Of a DNA stretch of 46,389 nucleotides, positions 11,257 to 19,188 are shown in pieces. The notes beneath the pieces were generated by a model, which was not told the DNA's origin, did not search any database, and saw only the letters and a list, made by a program, of their open reading frames with translations. Origin of the DNA: Candidatus Eiseniibacteriota bacterium (GTDB lineage: Bacteria > Orphanbacterota > Orphanbacteria > Orphanbacterales > Orphanbacteraceae). Each line of letters begins with the position of its first letter. Positions within the stretch are counted from its first letter, which is position 1. Where the stretch lies: positions 1 through 46,389 of the forward strand of contig JBDROZ010000085.1 in NCBI GenBank assembly GCA_043809585.1. The letters run 5' to 3'. The translations under genes were made by a program, and so were the position numbers.

Positions 11257-13119
11257 ATGGCCGGGCGAAAGGGACAAGACGGGAGGAGGGACGGCGCGCT
11301 CCTCTTCGTGCTCGCCCTCGCGGCGGGGTTCGTGAACTGGCGCTTCCTCTCCGCCGACTTCTTCCTCTCCTATCCCATCATCGACGCCGCCGAGTATCTC
11401 GCCGAGGCGAAGGCGATCGTCCGAGGGCTCCCCTACTGGCGGGCGGTGCCGATTCACGGCCCGGTCTATCCCCTCTTTCTCGTCCCCTTCGACCTGCTCT
11501 TCCGGTCCCCCTTGGCGCCGGTGTTTCTCGCCCAGATCCTGCTCACCGCGGGAGCGGCCGTTCTCGTCCGGTCCGCCGGCGTCCGTCTCGGCGGGCGGCT
11601 TCACGGGAACATCGCGGGGGGGCTCGTCGCCCTCGCCCCGCCCCTTCTCTACTTTCAGGTCCAGGCCCTTCCGGTGAGCCTCCAGGTGTTCCTTCACGCG
11701 GCGATGCTCCGGTTCCTCGTCGTCCGGGATCCGGGGGACCGCCGCGCTCTCGCCCTCGCCGGGATTCTCGGAGGACTCTCCTATATGACCCACCCGGGGG
11801 CGGGCCTCGCCCTCGCCGCCGTCGGGGTCTTCGTTCTCGTGAAAGACCGCCCCTTCCCCTCGGGCGGGCTCTTCCTCTCCGCCCTCGCGCTCACCCTTCT
11901 TCCCGTCTCCTTTCTCAACCTGAGGGCGGGCGAGGGGCCCTGGCCGGTGACGGGGAACGCGGGCCTCAACCTGTACGTCGGGAACGGCCCGCATTCGGAC
12001 GGCACCCCCCACGTGCGGCCGGGCTACGAATGGGAGAGGCTGACCTCCATGCCTCTCCTCGCCGGGATCGAAGGGAGCGCGGAGGAGAGCCGTTTCTTCT
12101 TGAACGAGACCGCCGATGCATGGCGCGAGGACCCGGCCGGTTTCATCGGCCGGATCGCCGCGAAGGCCCTCCTTTTCGGCTCCGGGTTCCCCATCGACGC
12201 GAGCCACGATGCGGCCTACTTCGCCGAGCGCTCGCCCCCCCTCCGCCTTTTCTTCCTCGACGCGTGGATCGTGGTCCCCCTCGCCCTCGGGTTTCTCGCG
12301 CTGGGGCGGGCATGGTCCGGCCCTTGGCCTCAGGTGGGTCTGGGGGTTCTCGGATACTGGGTCGGGACGGCGGCGACGGTCTTCTCGATCCGCTACCGGG
12401 CGCCGGCGTGGCCTTTTCTCGCCCTTCTCGCCGCCGCCCTCCCGGCGCTCCGCCCCCGGCCTTCCCGGCGGGAGATCGGGAAGGGTGCCGTGGTCGCCGC
12501 CGCCCTTCTCGCCGCCGCCCTCCTCGATCCTTTCAGCTACCGGGGGAAGAACCCGGTCCGGATCGACTACCAGATCGGGCGGCTTCAATACGACAGACGG
12601 AATTTCGAGGAGGCCCGGCGCTCGTTTCTCGACTTGTGGGAGGAGACGGAGGACCCCGACGCCGCGAACGCCCTCGGGGCGGTCGCCCTCGCCGTCCGGG
12701 GCGAAGAGGAAGAAGCCGGGATCTGGTTCCGCCGCGCCCTCGAGGCGGCCCCCGACTACGCCGACGCCCACTTCAATCTCGGGCTCTGGATGATCCTGCG
12801 GGGGTGGGCGGACGAGGGGGAGGGGGAGATCGATGAGGCGATCCGGCTCGCGCCCGGTCACGGGGCCGCCCTCTATACGAAGGGAATCCTCCTCGAGGGG
12901 CGGGGCGAGTCCGCGGAGGCGGAGCGGTTCTACCGGCTCTCCCTCTCCCGGGACCCGACCCGGGCGGACGGGTGGAACGCCCTCGGCGTCCTCTTCGCCA
13001 AGTCGGGGCGCCGGGCGGAAGCGGAGGAGTGTTTTCTGCGGGCGTGGAAGCTCGACCCCGAGTCGCCGGAGACGCGGATGAACCTGGAGCGGCTTCGGGG
13101 GAACGCCCCCCGCGGATGA
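11257..13119 (+). CDS. ArnT/PMT_2-like GT-C membrane protein with C-terminal TPRs
   Basis: PIIDAAEY...HGPVYPLFL, GLNLYVGN and RYRAP motifs; about 10 TM helices; TPRs (PDYADAHFNLG, DGWNALGV). Confidence 0.8.
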   Translation: MAGRKGQDGRRDGALLFVLALAAGFVNWRFLSADFFLSYPIIDAAEYLAEAKAIVRGLPYWRAVPIHGPVYPLFLVPFDLLFRSPLAPVFLAQILLTAGAAVLVRSAGVRLGGRLHGNIAGGLVALAPPLLYFQVQALPVSLQVFLHAAMLRFLVVRDPGDRRALALAGILGGLSYMTHPGAGLALAAVGVFVLVKDRPFPSGGLFLSALALTLLPVSFLNLRAGEGPWPVTGNAGLNLYVGNGPHSDGTPHVRPGYEWERLTSMPLLAGIEGSAEESRFFLNETADAWREDPAGFIGRIAAKALLFGSGFPIDASHDAAYFAERSPPLRLFFLDAWIVVPLALGFLALGRAWSGPWPQVGLGVLGYWVGTAATVFSIRYRAPAWPFLALLAAALPALRPRPSRREIGKGAVVAAALLAAALLDPFSYRGKNPVRIDYQIGRLQYDRRNFEEARRSFLDLWEETEDPDAANALGAVALAVRGEEEEAGIWFRRALEAAPDYADAHFNLGLWMILRGWADEGEGEIDEAIRLAPGHGAALYTKGILLEGRGESAEAERFYRLSLSRDPTRADGWNALGVLFAKSGRRAEAEECFLRAWKLDPESPETRMNLERLRGNAPRG

Positions 13120-13138
13120 GCCGCCCCCCTCTTCGATC

Positions 13139-15271
13139 TCAGGAATTCAGGAACGCCCGGGCCTCTTCCGCCGCCCGATGGGCCGGGGCGAGTTCGAGAA
13201 GTTTCCGGTAGTGCCGTTCCGCCCCCCGCCGGTCGCCCCTCTTCAGACTCGCCCGGGCGGTGAGAAGCCTGGTCTCCGATGATGCCGGATCGTACATGAG
13301 GGCCCTCTCGCCCCACGCCGCCGCCTCGTCCCATCGTCCCCCTTCCGCCGCCATCCCTTGGAGGAGTTCGCAGGCCTCCACCGCGGCCGGATCCTTCCGG
13401 GCCGCCCGCCGAGCGAGACCTTCCGCCCTCCTAGCATCTCCGAGGTATCGGACGATCGCCGCGCTCCGGACGAGGGAGGCCGCCGAAGCGTGCTCCCCGG
13501 TCACGATCAAAGAAGCGGCCCGCTCCCGCTCTCCCTCCCGGAGGAGAAGCTCGGCGAGGAGAAGACGGGGAAGAGGCTCGCCCGGCGCGGTCTCGAGGAT
13601 GCCGCCGAGCATCTCCTTCGCCTCTTCGTAACGACCCCGGTCGACGAGAAGGCCCGCCGCGGCGTAGCGAAGTCCGGTCTCGCCGGGGGGCGGATCGTCT
13701 CCTCCCGAAAGAGAGAGCGCGGCCAGACGGAAGCGCGCCGCTTCTTCCAGGGTGGGGGCGGAGCGGGCCCGGGTTTCGAGGGCGTTGACCCAGAAGACCC
13801 GGAGGGGCCCGGAAGCGAGGACGGTCCTCGGCGAGCGGGGAAATTCCGGGAGTCCCTCGGGCGGACGGAGAGGGGGCGCCGACTCGTCCCGGAAGAGAAT
13901 GCCGGACGGAATCGCGCCCTGCACGGGGTGGGAGAAGTAACGAGGGGCCTCTCCCGGCGGCGGAACCGGCCCTCCGAACACGGTCCCCTCGGGATTCACG
14001 ATGCGAACGTCGGGGCGGAGGTTCTCCGCCGCCCGGAGATAGAGAAGGGGAAAGAGGAGATCGTCTCCGGCGGCGACGAGCGTCGCTCCCTCGGGGAGTG
14101 ATCGGAGCATCTCCCGGGCGTACGCCTCGGGGAGCGACTCGCGATCGTACCGGTTCGCCTCGAGAGCCCCCGGAAACCGGAGGACGATGACCGCGAGCAG
14201 TGCCGCGATCCAAACGCTTCGCCCCCTCATTCGGGAGGGGAGAGCGGCGGCCACCGTTTCGGCGGCGACGGTGAAGAAGAGGAGGAGGAACACGAGCAGG
14301 GGGAGGAGAAAGACCTGGTTCTCCTCGACCCGGTCGGGCGCGAGAGGGAAGGGGAGCAACCCGAGGAGGAGCGGCCCGTAGAGGAGGAAACCGGCGGCGG
14401 GGATCAGGGCGCGCCTTGGCGTGCGGACGACCATCGCCAGGAGTCCGAGGGGGACGAGGGGGAGGAAGGGAAGAGGCAGGCTGCCGCCGAGCAGCATTCG
14501 GTAGCCGGCGTCGATTCGGCGGAGCGCGAGCCCGAGGGAGAAATCGGGCCGGGGCGTTCCTTCGTATTGGGAGCGGAGGACGTGGGCGAAGAAAGCGCGG
14601 AGCCCTTCCGGGTTCCCCCAATCGACGGGCGGATTCGAGGCGGAGCGGATCGGGAGATAGAGGAAGATCGTCGCCGTGGCGAGGGCAAGCAGGAGGGCGG
14701 CGAGAATTTCTCGGCCCGGGCCGCGTCCTCTTTCGCGGCGCGCCAGCGGGGCGATGGCGAGAAGGGGGAGGAGGCCGGCGCCGAGGGGATGGGCGGCGAC
14801 GGCGAGACCGCCGGCGTATCCGGCTCCCGCGGGGCTCCCCCCGCCGGCCGCCCGCGTGAGCAGGAGGAGGGCGGCGAGAAAGAGGGCGAGATGGAGCGTG
14901 TACACTTCCGCCGCGACGGCCTCGGCCCAGAGCAAAGGGGAGAGGCCGAGCAGGAGAGAGGCGGCGAGGGCGGGGCCGGAACCGCCGTGTCGCCGGGCGA
15001 GGAGATAGAAGAGGGCCACCGCGGCGGCGCCGGCGAGAGAGGAGAGAAGATTGACGGCCGACGCGGGCGATCCCGGGGAGGAGGCGGCGAAGAGCCTGGC
15101 GATCAGCGTGTAGAGCGGGTAGCCCGGGGGATGGGCGATGTCGAGCCGGATGGCGGCGGCGGTCAGTTCGCCCGAGTCCCCCAAGTGGACGCCGGGGCAC
15201 CGGGTGGCGCCGTAGAGTCCGGCGAAGGCCAGGAAGAGAAGGATGGGAAGAAATGTCGCACTTCGCTTCAT
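13139..15271 (-). CDS. DUF2723 (TMEM260-like) membrane glycosyltransferase-like protein with TPRs
   Basis: GDSGELTAAA..LDIAHPPGYPLY, AEVY, YLPIRS..NPPVDWG and GDD..FPL.Y motifs; C-terminal TPRs. Confidence 0.88.
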   Translation of the reverse strand: MKRSATFLPILLFLAFAGLYGATRCPGVHLGDSGELTAAAIRLDIAHPPGYPLYTLIARLFAASSPGSPASAVNLLSSLAGAAAVALFYLLARRHGGSGPALAASLLLGLSPLLWAEAVAAEVYTLHLALFLAALLLLTRAAGGGSPAGAGYAGGLAVAAHPLGAGLLPLLAIAPLARRERGRGPGREILAALLLALATATIFLYLPIRSASNPPVDWGNPEGLRAFFAHVLRSQYEGTPRPDFSLGLALRRIDAGYRMLLGGSLPLPFLPLVPLGLLAMVVRTPRRALIPAAGFLLYGPLLLGLLPFPLAPDRVEENQVFLLPLLVFLLLFFTVAAETVAAALPSRMRGRSVWIAALLAVIVLRFPGALEANRYDRESLPEAYAREMLRSLPEGATLVAAGDDLLFPLLYLRAAENLRPDVRIVNPEGTVFGGPVPPPGEAPRYFSHPVQGAIPSGILFRDESAPPLRPPEGLPEFPRSPRTVLASGPLRVFWVNALETRARSAPTLEEAARFRLAALSLSGGDDPPPGETGLRYAAAGLLVDRGRYEEAKEMLGGILETAPGEPLPRLLLAELLLREGERERAASLIVTGEHASAASLVRSAAIVRYLGDARRAEGLARRAARKDPAAVEACELLQGMAAEGGRWDEAAAWGERALMYDPASSETRLLTARASLKRGDRRGAERHYRKLLELAPAHRAAEEARAFLNS

Positions 15272-15495
15272 CGTGTCTCCGAGGGTTCGCTCCGGCCCGG
15301 GATCGACGGGATCGTGCAGAAACGAACGGCCCCTTCGCAGATTGTACGGATTCGGACCCTTCCCGCCAGAAAGAACGAGAGGCCCTTTCCTAGCTTGCCC
15401 GGGGACAACGGCTTTCGCCCCCGATCCCCGAGGGATTCTGGCACCGGTCTTGCAAAACGTGGGAGTGGACAGATCACCGTGCAAGGAGGTGGGAT

Positions 15496-15699
15496 GTGCG
15501 TCTCTTCGTGATGACGGTTTTGCTTTCCGGATTCTTGATGACCGGCTGCGCGGTTTACACCCGTCCGGCCCCGCCCCAGGGTCGGGCCGAGATGCGGGGG
15601 GCCAGGCCGTGCGCGGGCGCGACGTGGGTCAGCGGGCACTGGCGGTGGGAGGGGAAGCGGATCGGGTACCGGTGGGTACCGGGACAATGGCGCTGCTAG
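15496..15699 (+). CDS. small lipoprotein with YXWGXW/WXXGXW repeats
   Basis: Lipobox LMTGC; WVSGHWRW and WVPGQW; AAGGAGG RBS. Confidence 0.8.
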   Translation: MRLFVMTVLLSGFLMTGCAVYTRPAPPQGRAEMRGARPCAGATWVSGHWRWEGKRIGYRWVPGQWRC

Positions 15700-15707
15700 G
15701 GTGTGTC

Positions 15708-16140
15708 CGCGGTCCGAGGTCGATGCTACTGCGGCCCGCGATCGCCGGCTGCGAAACCGTTCTCCTTCACCGCCGTCCTCGACGGGGCTGAGGCCCCGCC
15801 TCCGGTCGTCGGTTCGTCCGAACGGGCTCTCGCCCGGCGCTCGCGACCCTCGTGACGAATCGACCTCGGACCGCGAACACGGGGAATCCGGAACGGAAGC
15901 TTCCCCCAGAGCGGGCTCTCGCCGCGCGCTCCCGGCCCTCGCCCTGGAATCGACTTCGGATTTCGGACCCACGGACGGGGAGGGACCGTTCCTTCAAGAG
16001 AGGTTTCAGAGCGGGCTCCCAAGCCTCGTGACGAATCGACCTCGGACCACGGACACGGGGGATCCGGAATGGAGACCTCCCCCCGACCGAACGCTCGCCC
16101 GGCGCTCGCGACCCTCGTGACGAATCGACCTCGGACCGCG
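15708..16140. repeat. composite intergenic repeat array (one inverted and four direct copies, ~86-90 bp period)
   Basis: Core GAATCGAC(C/T)TCGGA at 15857, 15947, 16033 and 16122; 47-bp identity between 15829-15875 and 16094-16140; inverted copy starting at 15708. Confidence 0.9.
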
Positions 16141-16230
16141 GCTCGCTCCGGGCGTCGCGCGTCTTCCTTTTTGGACGGTGAATGAGCGCCCGGCCGCCCC
16201 CTTGCCGCCGTTCTGATGTACATTCCTCTC

Positions 16231-17135
16231 ATGGCAAAATGGAGAAGAAGTGGACTCGCGGGCGACTCTCGGGGGAGGTTCCTGGAAGAGATCTACCGGA
16301 AGTACGCGCGGCGCGAGTTCCTCGAGACCGATCCTCTCCCGATCGTCCGCCGGTACGATTCCTCCGAGGACCGGGAGGTGGTCGGATTCCTGACCGCCCT
16401 GCTCTCCTACGGGCGTGTGGCCTCCATCCGGGGGCACGTGGAAGAGGTGCTCGCCTTCATGGGGCCGTCGCCCGCCCGCTTCGTCCTCCGCCGATCCCCC
16501 GCCGTCGCGGACGAGCGGTTTCTCTCGCTGCGCTACCGATTCCACACGGGAAGGGACATCGCTTCTCTCTTTCTTGCCCTCGGCGAAATCCTCCGAGAAG
16601 CGGGGAGTCTCGAACCCCATTTCCTCTCCGGAGGGGGTGGGACGAGGGAGAATCTGGGAGCCCTGGTTCGGCGGATCCGAGCAGTGGACGTCCGCCGGTA
16701 TCATCCCGCCGGCGGTTTCGAAGCCTCCCCGGGACTCCGGTTCTTGGTCCCGGCCCCCGAAAATGGGAGCGCCTGCAAGCGGTGGAATCTTTTTTTCGGT
16801 GGATGATCCGGCCCGACGACGGGATCGATCTCGGCGTATGGAAGAAGGCGCGGCCGAGGGATCTGGTGGTGCCTCTCGACACGCACCTCCATCGTGTCGG
16901 CCGGAGGCTCGGAATGGTGGTGGCCCGCGGAACCAGCTGGGAAGCGGCCGAGCGCTTCACCGCGGAACTTCGGACCTACGATCCGGAGGATCCCGTGCGG
17001 TTCGATTTCCCTCTTTGCCGCCTCGGCATTCTCGATCGGTGTCCGGAAACCGGATTCCGGGACCGGTGCTCCGGATGCGAAGTGCTCCCGATTTGCCGGC
17101 GGGCCTCTAAAGGGTCGGCGCAAATCATTCGATAA
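16231..17135 (+). pseudogene. TIGR02757/DUF2400 family protein interrupted by a -1 frameshift at a T7 run (may be recoded or a sequencing error)
   Basis: Frame 1: FLETDPL...DREVVGFLTALLSYG...SACKRWNLFF. Frame -1 continues RWMIRPDDGIDLGVW...LVVPLDTH...DPEDPVRFDFPLCRLG. Confidence 0.8.
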
Positions 17136-17150
17136 AAAGAAGGAAAAGAG

Positions 17151-17180
17151 TTGACAGGTTTTTGGCGACTTCCATATATT
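17151..17180 (+). promoter_or_regulatory. sigma70-type promoter upstream of the histone-like gene
   Basis: TTGACA-N18-TATATT, preceded by an A-rich UP-like tract. Confidence 0.7.
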
Positions 17181-17428
17181 CGCCTTGTTTTGAATGATGT
17201 TATGTGGGATGGGTAAGACATGACTTCGACAGGAACCTTCATCAACAACGTTCGCGCCACGAAGTCGGTGGGCGGGCATGGTCATAGATCTCTCGGGATG
17301 ATGGGTGGTGGAGGGAGAGTCGGGTTCGGCGAACTCTCTTGCCGGGTTTGCTCGGTGGCAACCGGATCTGACGGTTCGCCGAATTGGCGGAGGGTTCTTT
17401 CTTCGACCTTCAACGGAGGTGAATGAAG

Positions 17429-17749
17429 GTGGCCACGAAGAAGAAGGCAACGTCTAAGGCTAAAGTGAAAGCGGCGCCCAAGAAGAAACGAGTCGCGAAG
17501 AAGAAAGCCACCAAGAAGAAAGCGACGAAGAAGAAAGCCACGCGCAAGAAAGCGACCAAGAAGAAAGCCAGGCGCAAGAAGGCGACCAAGAAGAAGGCGA
17601 CCAAGAAGAAAGCGACGAAGAAGAAAGCCACGCGCAAGAAGGCGACCAAGAAGAAAGCGACCAAGAAGAAGGCCAGGCGCAAGAAGGCGACCAAGAAGAA
17701 AGCGACCAAGAGGAAAGCCAGGCGGAAGAAAGCCACGAAGAAAGCCTAG
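17429..17749 (+). CDS. histone H1-like Lys/Ala-rich repeat protein
   Basis: Tandem KK(A)TK/KKARR pentapeptides encoded by 15-bp repeats with synonymous variation. GGAGGTG RBS fits the GTG start at 17429; ATG 17423 is an alternative. Confidence 0.85.
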   Translation: MATKKKATSKAKVKAAPKKKRVAKKKATKKKATKKKATRKKATKKKARRKKATKKKATKKKATKKKATRKKATKKKATKKKARRKKATKKKATKRKARRKKATKKA

Positions 17750-17770
17750 GTCTTTCGGTCTTGGAATCTC

Positions 17771-17803
17771 GGAGAGGGCGGGTCCGACGGGCCCGCCCTC
17801 TTC
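17771..17803 (+). terminator. hairpin terminator after the histone-like gene
   Basis: GGAGAGGGCGGGTCC-GAC-GGGCCCGCCCTCTTC. Confidence 0.7.
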
Positions 17804-17820
17804 TCGTGGGGGCATTCCCG

Positions 17821-17850
17821 TTGACGCTGAAACCACCTGTTTTTTATAAG
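17821..17850 (+). promoter_or_regulatory. sigma70-type promoter upstream of the sulfatase-like gene
   Basis: TTGACG-N18-TATAAG. Confidence 0.55.
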
Positions 17851-17853
17851 GTT

Positions 17854-19188
17854 GTGGCGATATCGGCGCTGACCGGAGTCATGCTCGGCGGGGGGTGCGG
17901 GGGGCGGGAGGACCCGCCCGTGATTCTGATCACGGTGGACACCCTGCGGGCGGACCGCCTCGGATGCTACGGATCCGCCCGAGTCCTCACTCCCCACATG
18001 GACCGCCTCGCCCGGGAGGGAACCCTCTTCGCCGATTGCGTCTCCCCCGTCCCGTCCACCTCCCCTTCCCACGCCACCATCCTGTCCGGACTCCTCCCCG
18101 TGACCCACGGTCTCCGGGAGAACGGGGCGGAGCTTTCGCCGGACGTCCCGCTCCTCGCCGAGGCGTTCCGGGAAGGAGGCTACCGAACGGCCGCCTTCGT
18201 CAGCGGATTCCCTCTTCTCGGCCGGTTCGGTTTCGATCGCGGTTTCGACCTTTACGACGACCGCCTGTCGGACGGGTTCACGACCCGGGAGGGAAGGACG
18301 CAGGGAACGGAACGGGTCGGCCGGAAGACGGTGGACGCCTTTCTCCGTTGGCTGGACGAGGCGGACGGTCCCTTCTTCGCCTGGGTCCACCTGTTCGATC
18401 CCCACGCGGTTTACGGGGCTCCCCGGCCCTTCCAGAGGATGTACTACTCCGGTTCGGGGGAGCGGGATCCGTCGAACACCAGCCTCGAGGGGATCGACCT
18501 GCCTCCGTATCTGATGCTGCCGGGCGTGACCGACGTCCGTTTTCCCGTCGCCCTCTACGAGGGAGAGGTGGCCTACGCGGACCACCAGATCGGCCGTCTC
18601 CTCCGGGGCCTCGAAGAGAGGGGGCTGCTCGATCGAGCGCTCCTGGTTTTCACGGCCGACCACGGCGAGAGCATGACGGAGCACGGGTACCACTTCGGCC
18701 ATTCCCACTTTCTTTACGAGCCTTCCCTCCGGGTCCCGCTCGTCTTCCGGTGGCAGGGCAAGGTTCCGGCGGGGAGCATCGTCGAAGAGCCGGTTTCCCT
18801 GACCGATCTCCTCGACACCATTCTCGATCTCGCGGGTCTCGGCCCCGCCGTTTCGGGGGAGGGGAGCAGCCTCGCCCCCGCTCTCGCGGGCGGGACCCCC
18901 GTGGAGCGGACGATCATCCTGGAGCGCCCCCCTATGGAATCGGGGCTTCTCTTCGGCGCCCGGCGGGGGCCGTGGAAGTACATGCGAACGGGAGAAGGCG
19001 TGGAAGAGCTCTACCATCTCGATGACGATCCGGGAGAGCTCCGGAACCTCGCCGGTGCCAACCCGGAGCGGGCCTCCATTCTCCGCGACGAGGTGATCCG
19101 GAAGATCGGGGAAGGCGGGATCGAACGCCCTCCGATCGACGAGGAGACCAGGGAAAGACTCCGCAGCCTCGGCTACGTCGACGGCTGA
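17854..19188 (+). CDS. sulfatase-like (alkaline phosphatase superfamily) hydrolase, probable lipoprotein; start uncertain
   Basis: ITVDTLRAD, STSPSHATILSG, WVHLFDPH, TADHGE, ELYHL..DPGE..NL and LRSLGYV motifs. Confidence 0.88.
   Translation: MAISALTGVMLGGGCGGREDPPVILITVDTLRADRLGCYGSARVLTPHMDRLAREGTLFADCVSPVPSTSPSHATILSGLLPVTHGLRENGAELSPDVPLLAEAFREGGYRTAAFVSGFPLLGRFGFDRGFDLYDDRLSDGFTTREGRTQGTERVGRKTVDAFLRWLDEADGPFFAWVHLFDPHAVYGAPRPFQRMYYSGSGERDPSNTSLEGIDLPPYLMLPGVTDVRFPVALYEGEVAYADHQIGRLLRGLEERGLLDRALLVFTADHGESMTEHGYHFGHSHFLYEPSLRVPLVFRWQGKVPAGSIVEEPVSLTDLLDTILDLAGLGPAVSGEGSSLAPALAGGTPVERTIILERPPMESGLLFGARRGPWKYMRTGEGVEELYHLDDDPGELRNLAGANPERASILRDEVIRKIGEGGIERPPIDEETRERLRSLGYVDG

Noticed and set aside
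15829-16140. CRISPR array
   Set aside because: Repeats are unevenly degenerate, linkers 1 and 3 are homologous rather than unique, one unit is inverted, and no cas genes or leader are present.
17410-17736. Hydrophobic AFFLV-repeat membrane protein on the minus strand
   Set aside because: Antisense of the Lys-rich gene; promoter, RBS and terminator all support the + strand.
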